Shown here piece after piece: positions 1 through 10,787 of a stretch of 64,000 bases of DNA. Numbering within the stretch: position 1 is the stretch's first letter; every line of letters begins with the position of its first letter. Location of the stretch: contig JAAYSG010000060.1 in assembly GCA_012518435.1 (NCBI GenBank), forward strand, positions 9,777-73,776. The letters run 5' to 3'. The translations under genes and the position numbers were made by a program. Source of the stretch: Bacillota bacterium (lineage in GTDB: Bacteria > Bacillota > DTU030). The notes beneath the pieces were generated by a model. That model made no database searches and was not told where the DNA came from. It was given only the letters and a program-made list of their open reading frames with translations.

Positions 1-130
1 TAAGACGCGTAGCCTTACCCAGCATCAGGACCAATATACCGGCCGCCGGCGGATCCAGGGTACCGCCGTGGCCCACCCGCTTCACCCCAAATTTCCGGCG
101 GATTGCAGCCACCATATCATGGGAGGTCAT
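1..130 (-). CDS. truB: tRNA pseudouridine(55) synthase TruB, N-terminal part. The gene continues past the window start.
   Basis: The minus-strand translation from the ATG at 128-130 reads [43 protein letters not shown], which contains the TruB GHGGTLDP motif. Its position after nrnA/rbfA matches the conserved operon order. Confidence 0.8.
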   Translation of the reverse strand, partial: MTSHDMVAAIRRKFGVKRVGHGGTLDPPAAGILVLMLGKATRL

Positions 131-150
131 CCCCGGCGCTTTGAGGATGT

Positions 151-1173
151 TTAGAATCCCCTGCAAACGGCATCCCTCCCCGCCAATGCAGCAGCAACGG
201 TTTCCAGCACGGCTTTTTTTACATTGCTTAAAGAACCCTGCACACGACAGCCCGCCGCCCGGCTGTGGCCGCCACCACCAAAGCGTTGCGCGATTTTGCT
301 CACATCAACCCGGGAGTCCGAGCGCAAACTCACCTTCACTTTATTGTCCTCCGTCTCTTCAAACAAAATGCCCACGTAGACACCGGCAATTTCCCGGGCG
401 TAGTTTACAATCCCATTAATATTTTCCCTAGCCGCCCCAGTATCCCTAAGGCTAGAATTAGTTATCGTCAAATAGGCTATCTTACCATCGGGGCTCAGCT
501 CCAAGGAGTCTAAAGCACGACCTAGGAGCTTGGCCGCCTCCACCGGTCTAGAGGCAAAAACATACTCCGTAACCTGGGCTGGGTCAACACCCTTTTCCAA
601 TAGCTCTGCCGCACAAAGATGAGTTTCACTAGTGGTATTATCAAAACGAAAACTCCCCGTATCGGTAACAATGGCAGTATAAATACTTAGGGCGGTATCA
701 ACTGTAACCTCCCAGCCCAAGCCCGCCAGTAAGTGAAACACCATCTCCCCGGTGGAGCTGGCCTTTTCAATCCAGTTTATGTGCCCGTATTTGCTATTAG
801 TTAGATGGTGATCAATGTTAACTATCAAGGCCGGGACCTCTGCCAAAACCCAAGACCAAGCACCTAGACGTTCCTCATTGGCCGTATCCAGGGTTATAAT
901 CACTTCAAGGGCCGCCAGTTCCCCTGCGGATATTTGTTCTCCTTTGGACCGGATTTTTTCCCAGCCCGGAAGAAAACGGTAGACCAAGGGAACACCATCG
1001 GGATTTACCATAATGACATTTTTCCCCGCCCTCCGCAGGGAAAGACCCAGAGCCAACATGGAGCCAATGGCATCCCCATCGGCACTGACATGGGACAAGA
1101 GAAGGAAGTTTCCTTTATCCCGACATACCTCAATGACTCTATTTTTCTCCTCACACATCATCCCGTTCTTCAT
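151..1173 (-). CDS. nrnA: DHH-family phosphoesterase NrnA (oligoribonuclease / pAp phosphatase)
   Basis: The 348-aa ORF has the [12 protein letters not shown] and NIDHH (DHH) motifs and sits in the infB-rbfA-nrnA-truB context. The start was chosen at MKNGMM to limit overlap with rbfA; it could lie within about 15 nt of that. Confidence 0.8.
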   Translation of the reverse strand: MKNGMMCEEKNRVIEVCRDKGNFLLLSHVSADGDAIGSMLALGLSLRRAGKNVIMVNPDGVPLVYRFLPGWEKIRSKGEQISAGELAALEVIITLDTANEERLGAWSWVLAEVPALIVNIDHHLTNSKYGHINWIEKASSTGEMVFHLLAGLGWEVTVDTALSIYTAIVTDTGSFRFDNTTSETHLCAAELLEKGVDPAQVTEYVFASRPVEAAKLLGRALDSLELSPDGKIAYLTITNSSLRDTGAARENINGIVNYAREIAGVYVGILFEETEDNKVKVSLRSDSRVDVSKIAQRFGGGGHSRAAGCRVQGSLSNVKKAVLETVAAALAGRDAVCRGF

Positions 1174-1528
1174 TTTCTTCCCCATTCCCCTGGCCAAGTT
1201 TGTCCAAGATATTCTTCAGACGCATACCCCGTTCAATGGATTCATCCAAAAAAAAGACTAGCTCCGGTGTATATCTAAGACGCACCCTTTTTCCCATTTC
1301 CGTGCGGAGGTAGGCCTGGGCCCCTTTTAAGGCCTCCATTGTCCTACCCTTAGATTCTTCATCTCCCAAAACACTTACATAAACCCTTGCCTGGCGTAGA
1401 TCGCCTGTGATATCCACATCCGTCACACTTACAAAACCAATACGGGGATCCTTTAACTGCCGTTGAATTAACTCACCCAATTCCTGCTTGTATGCCTCCC
1501 GCACCCGCTGCCGCCGAACACCTGCCAT
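1151..1528 (-). CDS. rbfA: Ribosome-binding factor A
   Basis: Its size (about 125 aa) and the MAGVRRQRVREAYKQELGELIQ start fit RbfA, and it lies immediately downstream of infB. Confidence 0.85.
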   Translation of the reverse strand: MAGVRRQRVREAYKQELGELIQRQLKDPRIGFVSVTDVDITGDLRQARVYVSVLGDEESKGRTMEALKGAQAYLRTEMGKRVRLRYTPELVFFLDESIERGMRLKNILDKLGQGNGEENEERDDV

Positions 1529-1599
1529 TATTTTCAACCCCCACTTCCTCAAGCCAAATTGTCAGTTGATAAAAAGACATAAGTCCTGGGGCAGGCTAC

Positions 1600-3627
1600 C
1601 TAGGCCGGGCCTATCTCCTCCATGGCAAAGGCTTCCACAATGTCTCCTTCTTTAACATCACTAAAATCCTCCAGTCCTATGCCACATTCATAGCCGCTAA
1701 CAACTTCCCTGACATCATCCTTGAATCGGCGCAGGGAATCAACCCTACCCTCATAGACCACCACGCCATCCCGTATAAGACGCGCCTGGGCACCCTTGAT
1801 TATCTTCCCCTCCTGGACATAGCTACCGGCAATGGTACCCGCCCTGGGTACGCGGAAAGTTGCCCGCACCTCTGCCCGACCCAAGGTCACCTCCTGATAT
1901 TTGGGCTCCAGCATCCCCTTCATGGCCGCTTCTATATCATCCAAGGCTTCATAAATAACCCGGTAGAAACGGATATCGACCTTTTCCCTTTCGGCTTCCT
2001 TCTTGGCCAAGGGCTCCGGTCGCACATTGAAGCCAATGATGAGGGCATTGGACGCTGCCGCCAGCATAACATCAGTTTCTGTAATTGCCCCGGCACCGCC
2101 ATGGATAATGTTGAGGCGAACCTGATCATCACTTAACTTATTTAGGGATTGTTTTAAGGCTTCGACGGAACCCTGCACATCAGCCTTGATGATGATGTTT
2201 AATTCCTTTAATTCACCCTCTTGAATCTGATCGTAAAGTTCATTGAGGCTAATCCGGGCAGCCCTGGCCAGTTCCTGCTCCCTGTGTTTGTCTTGGCGTT
2301 CCTTGCTCAGCTGCCGCGCTGCCTTGTCATCGGCCAAAACCTGTAAAATATCTCCGGCCTGGGGGACCTCCGAAAGCCCCCAGACTTCAACTGGAATGGA
2401 GGGCCCAGCCTCATTAACCGTCTGCCCCTTATCATTAAGTATAGCCCGTACCCGGCCATGGGAAATACCGGCAATTACCGCATCGCCCACCCGCAGAGTT
2501 CCCTTCTGAATAAGAACCGTCGCCACCGGCCCCCGACCCTTGTCCAGTTGTGCTTCCACCACAATGCCCACGGCGGGGCGATGGGGATTGGCCTTAAGCT
2601 CCGCCATCTCCGCCACCAGTAAAAGCATTTCAAGTAAGTCATTTAGGCCTTCCTTGCGCAAGGCGGATACGGGTACACAGATGGTATCACCACCCCATTC
2701 TTCCACCAAAAGACCATGTTCCGTCAACTGTTGTTTAACCCTATCGGGCTGTATATTGGCCTTATCCATCTTGTTCAGGGCTATAATAATGGGAACACCC
2801 GCCGCCTTGGCATGGTTTATGGCCTCCACCGTCTGGGGCATCACCCCATCATCGGCGGCCACCACCAATACAGCAATATCCGTAACCCGGGCCCCCCGGG
2901 CCCGCATGGTTGTAAAGGCCTCATGTCCCGGGGTGTCTAGAAAAACAATTTTTTTCCCCTGATACTTGACCACCGAGGCTCCTATATGCTGGGTAATTCC
3001 TCCGGCCTCCCCGGCCGTTACCTCAGTTTCCCGTATAGCATCCAGGAGGGAGGTTTTACCATGATCAACATGCCCCATGACGGTAACCACCGGTGGCCGG
3101 GGCAATAATGATTCCGGATCATCCTCTTCAACCTCCACCAAGATTTCCTCCGCCCGCACCGGCTTACTGGGCCTTGTCTGGATGCCCAGTCTTTTGGCCA
3201 CCACATGGGCTGTCTCATAATCTATTTCCTGATTTAGGGCTGCCATTATGCCCATATCCACCAGTTTTTTCACCATATTTTGGGGTGCTTGACCCAATAT
3301 TTTCGCCAAATCCCTAACCGTCATGGTTTCTGGCAATTCAATGGTGCTGGGGGTTTTGTCCTTGGTTTTGCTCCTTTTCTCCCGGATAGGTTTCCTGGTG
3401 GGTTTATCCTCCCTTGGCATCTGAGTTTTCTCTTCCCCCTCTGCTTTCACCGTCCCGGCCGGTGTTACACCCAAAAGTCCTGATAGCTGGCTGGCCTCTT
3501 CTTCACTCACCGTGCTCATATGGCTTTTTACACTATAACCAAGTTCCTGCAACAGTTCAATAATATCCTTACTGCTAACCTTTAAGTCCCTGGCCACCTC
3601 ATATACCCTTACCCTCTTTTTTGGCAA
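1600..3627 (-). CDS. infB: Translation initiation factor IF-2
   Basis: This is a 675-aa ORF with a G-domain ([25 protein letters not shown]) and an N-terminus [19 protein letters not shown] typical of IF-2. Confidence 0.95.
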   Translation of the reverse strand: MPKKRVRVYEVARDLKVSSKDIIELLQELGYSVKSHMSTVSEEEASQLSGLLGVTPAGTVKAEGEEKTQMPREDKPTRKPIREKRSKTKDKTPSTIELPETMTVRDLAKILGQAPQNMVKKLVDMGIMAALNQEIDYETAHVVAKRLGIQTRPSKPVRAEEILVEVEEDDPESLLPRPPVVTVMGHVDHGKTSLLDAIRETEVTAGEAGGITQHIGASVVKYQGKKIVFLDTPGHEAFTTMRARGARVTDIAVLVVAADDGVMPQTVEAINHAKAAGVPIIIALNKMDKANIQPDRVKQQLTEHGLLVEEWGGDTICVPVSALRKEGLNDLLEMLLLVAEMAELKANPHRPAVGIVVEAQLDKGRGPVATVLIQKGTLRVGDAVIAGISHGRVRAILNDKGQTVNEAGPSIPVEVWGLSEVPQAGDILQVLADDKAARQLSKERQDKHREQELARAARISLNELYDQIQEGELKELNIIIKADVQGSVEALKQSLNKLSDDQVRLNIIHGGAGAITETDVMLAAASNALIIGFNVRPEPLAKKEAEREKVDIRFYRVIYEALDDIEAAMKGMLEPKYQEVTLGRAEVRATFRVPRAGTIAGSYVQEGKIIKGAQARLIRDGVVVYEGRVDSLRRFKDDVREVVSGYECGIGLEDFSDVKEGDIVEAFAMEEIGPA

Positions 3628-3666
3628 TAGCCCTCACCTCCACAAGTCTTCCCCCATTCATCTCCC

Positions 3667-3975
3667 CTAGGCCATGGATGTTCCCCCAATTGCTTGGGCC
3701 AGTGCGGTGGCGAAATTTTCATCTATAATTGCCACAACGGCCCGCTGCGGTTTTCCTATGATGAAGCCCATCTCCCCCTTCAGATTCCATGATAGGTAGG
3801 GAATACCCTTTCTTTTGCATAGCCCAATAAATTTTTCCCTGGTATTTGGCGCCGCATCGGTGGCAAGCAAAATTAGGTGGGCCTGCCCCCTCCGCATTGC
3901 TTGCTCACAAGCAAACTGGCCAGAAACCACCTTCCCCGCCCTTTGGGCCAAGCCCAAGAGGTTAAGCCCTTTCAT
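3667..3975 (-). CDS. ylxQ: L7Ae-family ribosomal protein-like RNA-binding protein (YlxQ-type)
   Basis: It is 102 aa and lies between ylxR and infB, as in the conserved nusA operon. It has L7Ae-like composition (GKVVSG...LILLATDA). Confidence 0.75.
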   Translation of the reverse strand: MKGLNLLGLAQRAGKVVSGQFACEQAMRRGQAHLILLATDAAPNTREKFIGLCKRKGIPYLSWNLKGEMGFIIGKPQRAVVAIIDENFATALAQAIGGTSMA

Positions 3976-4237
3976 CTTCGGCCAATTCCTGTTGAAGTGA
4001 TTCTACTATTTCCAGGGGAATAACAGTTTTTAGGGCCTTACCCAGGGCCTTTTGTTTCAAGGCCAGTTCAAGGCATTCCCGCCGGGGGCAAATGTAGGCA
4101 CCACGACCAGAACGTTTTCCCGTGGGATCAATGTGAATTTCCTCCTCCGGCGTCCTGACTATCCGAATCAGTTCCCGCTTGGGTTTCATCTGTTGGCAGC
4201 CCACACACATCCTCTGGGGCACCCTCCTCTTCCTCAT
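3962..4237 (-). CDS. ylxR: YlxR (DUF448) RNA-binding protein
   Basis: [29 protein letters not shown]...GRGAYIC matches the YlxR Cys motif and layout. The start at M18 of the ORF was chosen by analogy with B. subtilis YlxR. Confidence 0.75.
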   Translation of the reverse strand: MRKRRVPQRMCVGCQQMKPKRELIRIVRTPEEEIHIDPTGKRSGRGAYICPRRECLELALKQKALGKALKTVIPLEIVESLQQELAEDERA

Positions 4238-5294
4238 GGTCCCCCCCTCCTTCCGCGGCCAATACTTGGCTTTCACTTCTGATGTCAATTTTCCAACCGG
4301 TTAGTTTTGCGGCCAAACGAGCATTTTGCCCTTCCTTGCCTATGGCTAGGGATAGTTGACGATCGGGTACCACAACCCGGGCTACCCTTGCTTCCTCATC
4401 CAATTGAACGGCCAATACCTTAGCCGGGCTCAGGGCATTGGCTATGTATTGGGATGGTTCAGAGTCATATTTTACAATATCCACCTTTTCACCCTTCAGT
4501 TCACTTACCGCCCCCTGCACCCTCATGCCCTTGGGGCCGACACAGGAACCAACGGCATCCACATTTTCATCCCGGGATGATACCGCCATTTTGGAACGGA
4601 AACCGGCCTCCCGGGCAATACCCCTAATTTCAACGGTGCCATCATGGATTTCGGGAACTTCCAGTTCAAATATTCTCTTTAGAAGGCCGGGATGGGTACG
4701 GGATAGGACAATTTGGGGACCCTTGGTCGTTTCATTAACCTGCACAATGTAAACCTTAATCCTATCGTTTTGCCTATAACTTTCGTTGGGCATTTGTTCC
4801 GGAGGTGCCAAAATGCCCTCTGCCCTGCCTAGGTCAACAACAACACTCCTGCCCTGATGGCGCTGCACAATGCCAGTAAGGATGTCACCCTCCCGATCGA
4901 CAAACTCCTCATAGAGTATACTTCTTTCCGCCTCCCGGATCCGCTGGACAACAACCTGTTTGGCAGTCTGGGCCGCAATCCGCCCAAATTCCTTTGGAGT
5001 GACTTCCTTTTCAATTACATCATCTATCCCATAGGACGGATCAACTTCCCTGGCCTCCCCAAGGGAGACCTCAGTAGTATCATCCTCCACCTCTTCCACA
5101 ACGGTTTTCCGGGAATAAACCCGCACTCCCCCCGATAGACGATCAATTTCCACCCTGACATTATTGGCAGAACCACCATAGTCACGGCGATAGGCGGATA
5201 TAAGTGCAGCCTCAATTGCCTCCAATAGGATTTCCTTATCAATCCCCTTCTCCTTCTCCAGATCAGCCAATGCCTCCAGAAAATCACTATTCAT
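4128..5294 (-). CDS. nusA: Transcription termination/antitermination factor NusA
   Basis: The N-terminal domain begins [32 protein letters not shown]1 and KH regions follow ([10 protein letters not shown]..., KH-like [31 protein letters not shown]), and the protein ends in an acidic tail. Confidence 0.92.
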   Translation of the reverse strand: MNSDFLEALADLEKEKGIDKEILLEAIEAALISAYRRDYGGSANNVRVEIDRLSGGVRVYSRKTVVEEVEDDTTEVSLGEAREVDPSYGIDDVIEKEVTPKEFGRIAAQTAKQVVVQRIREAERSILYEEFVDREGDILTGIVQRHQGRSVVVDLGRAEGILAPPEQMPNESYRQNDRIKVYIVQVNETTKGPQIVLSRTHPGLLKRIFELEVPEIHDGTVEIRGIAREAGFRSKMAVSSRDENVDAVGSCVGPKGMRVQGAVSELKGEKVDIVKYDSEPSQYIANALSPAKVLAVQLDEEARVARVVVPDRQLSLAIGKEGQNARLAAKLTGWKIDIRSESQVLAAEGGGDHEEEEGAPEDVCGLPTDETQAGTDSDSQDAGGGNSH

Positions 5295-5346
5295 CCCCCA
5301 ACCCTCCTCTAGGCATTTAAACCCACTCCCTGTGTAGTACATACTA

Positions 5347-5811
5347 TTACAGGCCAAATTCCACTACAAGGTGGGCCTTGGCAATTTTATTTAGGGGAAT
5401 ATAATAACTCTCCTGGTCAATTTCCAGATGAATAGATTCATCCCTAACCCCCTTTAGCCGCCCACGAAAATTCCTCCGACCCTTAATGGGGGCATAGGTA
5501 CGCACCTTGATTTCCTGACCCTGGAAACGGATAAAATCCTTCCTTTTCTTCAATGGTCTTTCGGCTCCCGGCGAAGACACTTCCAGAAGATAACTGTGGG
5601 GGATGGGATCCTTATCATCCAAAATCTGGCCCAAACCCTCGCTCATCCCCTGGCAATCCTCCAGAGCTACGCCACCCTCCTTGTCGATAAACACCCGCAA
5701 GTACCAACTGGGGCCCTCCTTACGATACTGGACATCAACAACTTCCAATCCTATTTTTTCCGCAATTGGCTCCGCCAGCTTTATAACCACATCCTCGACA
5801 CGCGAGCCCAA
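5347..5811 (-). CDS. rimP: Ribosome maturation factor RimP
   Basis: It is 154 aa, starts MGSRVEDVVIKLAEPIAEKIGLEVVDVQY, and is the first gene of the nusA operon. Confidence 0.9.
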   Translation of the reverse strand: MGSRVEDVVIKLAEPIAEKIGLEVVDVQYRKEGPSWYLRVFIDKEGGVALEDCQGMSEGLGQILDDKDPIPHSYLLEVSSPGAERPLKKRKDFIRFQGQEIKVRTYAPIKGRRNFRGRLKGVRDESIHLEIDQESYYIPLNKIAKAHLVVEFGL

Positions 5812-5934
5812 AGGACTTCCCCCCCCATAACCACGACATGTAAAATTATTGTACCAAAGTACCTATTCACTTATACCGCACTAACAAGGCCCCATTCTCC
5901 CCAATGGAGGGCTAAAGTAAGGATTAATACGAAA

Positions 5935-5957
5935 GAGTGGGCCCGTTACCCACTCTT
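5935..5957 (-). promoter_or_regulatory. Stem-loop in the rimP-nusA leader / downstream of the small membrane ORF (AGAGTGGG-loop-CCCACTCT)
   Basis: An 8-bp perfect inverted repeat with a 7-nt loop sits in the 5' UTR region of the operon. There is a weak U-tract on the minus strand. Confidence 0.25.
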
Positions 5958-6090
5958 TCCCATAAAACATGTATCAGCATTACAAAACGCGCCCTTGGAC
6001 AATTTCAAGTATATCACACAGACTAACCTTTGACAAGTTTAACAAACCCCTACCCCTTGCTTCCCCCATATTGCAACTTACTTCCCCACC

Positions 6091-6342
6091 CTAAAACCGT
6101 CTGTCTTCATAGCCATAGGCCATGTCCAGGCCCCACAATACCAACAAGAGATTGAGCAAGGCACCGGAAGGCAATACAGACCTGAGGAAAAAAAGGACCG
6201 TCTGGGCAATTATCAAGGCAAAAATAACAGCATTAAAAATAAAATTCGTCGGAATATCTGCCTTGATCCGTCTCATCATTATTCCCGCCAAAACCCCTCC
6301 CAAAGTAGAAAAGAGCATAGCCATTCCCGATACACCTCCCAT
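6091..6342 (-). CDS. Small hydrophobic membrane protein (hypothetical)
   Basis: The 83-aa ORF has two predicted TM stretches. There is no homology call. Confidence 0.3.
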   Translation of the reverse strand: MGGVSGMAMLFSTLGGVLAGIMMRRIKADIPTNFIFNAVIFALIIAQTVLFFLRSVLPSGALLNLLLVLWGLDMAYGYEDRRF

Positions 6343-6513
6343 TTTTCCCCTTCACCGGATAGAAACTAGCCGACATTATTCAACTTTTTCCAAGCCCTAA
6401 TTAATATCTTGGCTATTAAATCTTAAAAGTCCTGCCCCAGCGGCAACTTTTTCCCCACTATTGGCCCTATTTCCCTATTTTCCCCTACTATTTTAACTAA
6501 GCCCCGGAAAAAC

Positions 6514-8568
6514 CTAACCCTTCTTGCCAGCATCCTTATCCCGGCGGCGGAGCAAATTTACTTCCCTCGGATTCAAATTGTAAAGGGCATAAACCCTTTC
6601 CTCCACCTTTTCCAACAATATCCCCATTTCCCGGCGAAGAATAGCCACCACAGCTGCCGCTTCCCCCTTGTCTTCGGCCCCAACCATCCTTTGCCCCAGG
6701 TTAATTAGTTCTTGGGCCAGATTTATAAGGGGTTTTTGTTCATCGGGGGAAATTGCAGGCACAGGAAGATCCCGTAGGCCCGGCCCCCGGCTGGAACCCA
6801 TGGGCAGACGTGTAGCAGTTGCCCGGGATGCGGCAGATAGGATCCCGGCTTCCCGGGCATAAAAGGTCATAAGGCCGCTGTTTAAAAGGGGCAATAAATA
6901 AAATAGGGAATAATGGCTGAAGAGGGCATTGATAACATAGGCACTATTGTCACAATACTCCTCTGGGTCGTCACTATAGGCAGCGGCAATCCTCCTAGAA
7001 GCATCTAAGGATTGGCGAACAAAGATTTTTTCCCGTCGGAACCTAACATCGCTTTTGCCGATGGACACCCGGGCTTTTAACCCTTGGCCGGCAAGGTAAT
7101 TATTTATAGCCCGGGCAAGTTCACGATCATAGCAAATATATTTTCTCTTCCTTCCCCGGCCTGCAATTTGTTCCCCAGTGGGCCACCGAACTATATAGGG
7201 AGAAATATTGCTGCTGAAGATGGCCTTATGATAGCTGGAATCCAGGGGTTCAGCGGAGAGAAAGGGCTTTAAGCCAGCCCCGGGCCGGTTGGTAACATTC
7301 ATGCCGGAAATAGCCCTGTACAATTCCCCCAGGGGAGGACCCGCCGCCTTGATCTTGGCCAACAGGGAGGCAACCTCCTTTGGAACCGGCCGCAACCAGC
7401 CCGCCGGGGAAGAGTTTTGCGGAATCTCAATTGTTTCACCGGATAAGCCCCTTTGAAAGCGGATTCCATGCTTTGGGACCCCTCTTCCCTTCGGTGGTTT
7501 TTTTAGGATAAAAATTGCCTGTCGATTATTGACCCCGGGGAAGATCTCCAGATCAGAAACAATATGCTCAACTAAAGACTGGGACTGGATGTATTCCCGT
7601 ATTTCCTTGTAAACCGTTGTCTGAAAACCACTACCATCCACTACGACACCGGCCCTTCCCCCCACCTCCAACAATTCCAAAAAACGTTCTAAAAAAAACA
7701 TGGTCAGGTTATAGCGATTGCTCCTACGCCCCCGGCTAAACTGATATTGGGGTTTAAGGGTGTCAATATACTCCTGTTTTAGCCCTTGGGAACGCCGGGC
7801 ATAATTTGTCACATGGGGTGGATTACCCCCCACCACACTAAAGGGGCGGTCGAAGACGGTGGACAGGGGCCCATTTTTATCCAGGGCATCACCCCAGAAT
7901 AGGTTCTGAGTTGGCAGCCTTCCCGCCGCCTGCCAGACTTCCCTATCCTTTTCCAAAAGGACTAGGGCAGACAACTGTAAGGCCCAGGGATCTATATCCA
8001 CACCATAGAGATTATGCCGCAAAATTAGGGCGGGAACTTCCCCTTGGGGAACCCCCCGCCTGAGGTAAGCCGCCCGCAACCCATCATAGGCCCGGGAAAG
8101 AAAAAATCCACAACCACAGGACGGATCCAGGAAGGTAACTTGGCTAGGGTCCAATTTGCGAAGGAGAGGCAATAAGCTATGGGCCAAAATGAAATCCACC
8201 ACTTCGGGGGGAGTGTAATATACCCCCAAGCGCTGGCGCCGCCCAAGGGGTTGCAATTGAAGGTAAAGGGAGATGATTTCTTCCACAGGCACCACGGTTA
8301 GGGAAAAATCACGGAAGGTATCCCCCAGAAAGGGCTCCGCCTGGGCATTGAGCTCCTCCCAATCCCTCCAGAATAAATGGTTGTCATTGGAGGAGGAAAA
8401 AGCGCTGGGTATCGGCTCTGCCGGGGTTATATAACCCTTATCTTGCCATGCCTTTTTAACCAAGTAGCCTGTGAGAAAGGTATTTATTTGGGCCGGTGTA
8501 AATACCCTTCCCAAGGTCTTTCCCCCTACCTGCAAATTTTGTCCCAGGACCCTTTTTAGCTGATGCAT
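6514..8568 (-). CDS. Gamma-class N6-adenine DNA methyltransferase (Eco57I/TaqI-like). It appears to be an orphan and carries an atypical NPPH motif IV.
   Basis: GVYYTPPEVVDFI (motif X), FLDPSCGCGFFL (motif I, FxGxG), VVGGNPPHV (motif IV) and NRYNLTMFFLERFLELLEVGGRAGVVV are all present, followed by a C-terminal TRD of about 400 aa. The start was chosen at MHQLKRV to avoid overlap with the HAD gene. Confidence 0.8.
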   Translation of the reverse strand: MHQLKRVLGQNLQVGGKTLGRVFTPAQINTFLTGYLVKKAWQDKGYITPAEPIPSAFSSSNDNHLFWRDWEELNAQAEPFLGDTFRDFSLTVVPVEEIISLYLQLQPLGRRQRLGVYYTPPEVVDFILAHSLLPLLRKLDPSQVTFLDPSCGCGFFLSRAYDGLRAAYLRRGVPQGEVPALILRHNLYGVDIDPWALQLSALVLLEKDREVWQAAGRLPTQNLFWGDALDKNGPLSTVFDRPFSVVGGNPPHVTNYARRSQGLKQEYIDTLKPQYQFSRGRRSNRYNLTMFFLERFLELLEVGGRAGVVVDGSGFQTTVYKEIREYIQSQSLVEHIVSDLEIFPGVNNRQAIFILKKPPKGRGVPKHGIRFQRGLSGETIEIPQNSSPAGWLRPVPKEVASLLAKIKAAGPPLGELYRAISGMNVTNRPGAGLKPFLSAEPLDSSYHKAIFSSNISPYIVRWPTGEQIAGRGRKRKYICYDRELARAINNYLAGQGLKARVSIGKSDVRFRREKIFVRQSLDASRRIAAAYSDDPEEYCDNSAYVINALFSHYSLFYLLPLLNSGLMTFYAREAGILSAASRATATRLPMGSSRGPGLRDLPVPAISPDEQKPLINLAQELINLGQRMVGAEDKGEAAAVVAILRREMGILLEKVEERVYALYNLNPREVNLLRRRDKDAGKKG

Positions 8569-8593
8569 AATAACAAAACCCCCACAGGCAATA

Positions 8594-9313
8594 CTAAGCC
8601 CAAATGGACTCCAACAAGCCCGGAAGTTGGGAAAGGTGTTGCACCCGCCAGACCCCTTGGGGAGCATCCCCTTCCTGCCCAGAAGTAAACCAAATGGGTA
8701 CCATCCCGGCTGTTAGGGCCCCCTTCACATCCGTGCGGGGATCATCGCCAATATGGGCGGCCCTTTCCGCCACAGCCCCCAATTCCCCTAGGGTTCGGGT
8801 GAAAATATCCCGATTTGGCTTTGCAATTCCCAATTCATTGGAAAAGGTAAGGACCTGGAGATACTTGCTTAGCCCGGCAGCGGCCAGCCAGGGACGAATA
8901 ACCCGCCCCGGGGTACGGCCGGTGTTACATATAAGGGCCAGACGATATTTCTCTGCCAACACTGCCAGTACTTCTCCGGCCTGTTCCATAACAAGGATCT
9001 CTCCCCTGCCCCGGGCACTGGTGTAATACCCCATTAGTTCCCCCGTAAGTTCCCCAGTGGGCGTCAGCCCGGCCCGGCCCAGAATCCAATAAAGCTGCTC
9101 CTCCGGTAGTATATCCAGGCCCTCCTTCACCTGCCGGGCCATAACCATTTGGCGACATTCCTCAATTATCGCCGCTAACCTGTCCTCCCTAATACTAGGC
9201 CCGGCAGCAGCCAAAACCCGGCCCAGGTTTTTCGCTAGGCGGTCAGCCGCCTGATCATAATGTTTTTCATAGATTAGGGTATTCCAAAGGTCAAAGGTAA
9301 CTGCATAATCCAT
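8594..9313 (-). CDS. HAD-superfamily hydrolase (subfamily IA-like)
   Basis: The N-terminus MDYAVTFDLWNTLI (motif I-like) and the C-terminal GDDPRTDVKGA (motif IV) match the HAD pattern. Confidence 0.7.
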   Translation of the reverse strand: MDYAVTFDLWNTLIYEKHYDQAADRLAKNLGRVLAAAGPSIREDRLAAIIEECRQMVMARQVKEGLDILPEEQLYWILGRAGLTPTGELTGELMGYYTSARGRGEILVMEQAGEVLAVLAEKYRLALICNTGRTPGRVIRPWLAAAGLSKYLQVLTFSNELGIAKPNRDIFTRTLGELGAVAERAAHIGDDPRTDVKGALTAGMVPIWFTSGQEGDAPQGVWRVQHLSQLPGLLESIWA

Positions 9314-9382
9314 CTTTTCCCCTCCAGTTTGTTTTCTTCAAGCAGTGTCCTTCCATTTCCCACAAGCTTAATCCTTCTTTAT

Positions 9383-10570
9383 TTATGTAGTGGGGTTTAT
9401 TCTTGCCACCCCATCCTTCATGGCCCCCTGGGCCACAGCGGCGGCAACCCTATGAGCAACCTGGCGAGTAAAGACCCGGGGGACAACATATTGGGCGGTC
9501 AGTTCCTCCGGGGGTACCAATCCCGCCAGGGCATGGGCAGCAGCCAACTTCATGGCCGGGCTGATGCAACTAGCCCTAACATTTAGGGCACCCCGTAGCA
9601 CTCCGGGAAAAGCCAAGATATTGTTTATCTGGTTGGGGTAATCGGATCTCCCCGTGCCCACAACCACGGCCCCGGCTGCCAAAGCCTCCCGAGGGTCAAT
9701 TTCTGGAATGGGGTTGGCCAGGGCAAATACTATGGGATCCCTATTCATTGCCTGTATCATATCCCCCGTAAGAAGCCTGGGCCCCGAGACCCCCACAAAA
9801 ACATCAGCCCCGCTCAAGGCATCCGCCAAGGTCCCCCGCCGCCCCTCCCCATTGGCAATCCGGGCCAGCTCCTCCTTGGCAAAGTTCATTCCCCTGGCCC
9901 GGCCCCGATAAATAATGCCATGGCGGTCGCAGGGAATGAGATCCCCCACCCCTACTTCACAGCACATTTTGCCGATGGCAATTCCCGCTGCCCCGGCACC
10001 ATTTACAACCACTATCACATCCTGGAGCCTCTTTCCCACCACCTTCACAGCATTGAGAAGGGCAGCCAGGGTTACTATGGCGGTACCATGCTGATCATCA
10101 TGGAAAACAGGTATGGAAAGCCTGTCCTGCAACCTTTCCTCAATCTCAAAGCAGGCCGGTGCAGCAATATCTTCCAAATTTATTGCCCCAAAAGCAGGTT
10201 CCAAAAAAACAACGGTTTCGACAATTTTCTTTGCATCAGTGGTGGCCAAGCAGATGGGAAAGGCATCAATCCCAGCAAAGGCCTTGAATAGTATCGCCTT
10301 GCCCTCCATGACTGGCAGGGCAGCCCAGGGACCAATATCCCCCAATCCCAAAACAGCAGTGCCATTACTGACAACGGCCACTGTATTCCCCTTATTGGTG
10401 TATTCATACACCCTGTCAGGATCAGAATAAATCTCCTGGCAGGGTTCAGCCACACCGGGTGTGTAGGCTAAACTTAAGTCACTGACATTTTGCAGGGGCA
10501 CCTTGCTCCTTACCTCAATTTTCCCCCTGTTTTCCCTATGAAACCTCAGGGCGTCCTCCCGTAGGGCCAT
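9383..10570 (-). CDS. maeA: NAD(P)-dependent malic enzyme (short form)
   Basis: LAYTPGVAEPCQEI, VVSNGTAVLGLGDIGP and VVNGAGAAGIAIGK are malic-enzyme signatures. Confidence 0.88.
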   Translation of the reverse strand: MALREDALRFHRENRGKIEVRSKVPLQNVSDLSLAYTPGVAEPCQEIYSDPDRVYEYTNKGNTVAVVSNGTAVLGLGDIGPWAALPVMEGKAILFKAFAGIDAFPICLATTDAKKIVETVVFLEPAFGAINLEDIAAPACFEIEERLQDRLSIPVFHDDQHGTAIVTLAALLNAVKVVGKRLQDVIVVVNGAGAAGIAIGKMCCEVGVGDLIPCDRHGIIYRGRARGMNFAKEELARIANGEGRRGTLADALSGADVFVGVSGPRLLTGDMIQAMNRDPIVFALANPIPEIDPREALAAGAVVVGTGRSDYPNQINNILAFPGVLRGALNVRASCISPAMKLAAAHALAGLVPPEELTAQYVVPRVFTRQVAHRVAAAVAQGAMKDGVARINPTT

Positions 10571-10694
10571 GACATTTTCCTCCTTCGGTAAATTAGCAGC
10601 CTATACCCTTTGAAGTGGGAAAAATCGACATCCCGCCCCTTCCCATACAGGCCCATATTCCTTATTTCCCTACCGTTATATTGGTTCCTGCCCA

Positions 10695-10730
10695 GAAAAG
10701 AAAAAACCCCGGGGAATTATACCCGGGGGT
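10695..10730 (-). terminator. Rho-independent terminator after the anti-sigma-like gene
   Basis: On the minus strand a CCCCGGG..CCCGGGG hairpin is followed by TTTTTTCTTTT. Confidence 0.6.
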
Positions 10731-10787
10731 CTTCATCTGATCCGATGGGCCTTTGAACGAAACTGACCACTAGCCAGGGAAAGCATC

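Noticed and set aside
141-513. Plus-strand ORFs (92 aa, 82 aa) overlapping truB/nrnA
   Set aside because: They are antisense to well-supported conserved genes, and their composition is low-complexity and Pro/Arg-rich, typical of antisense frames in GC-rich coding DNA.
1932-3483. Several 60-140 aa ORFs on both strands inside infB
   Set aside because: They are fully nested in or antisense to the infB reading frame, and none has a recognisable motif.
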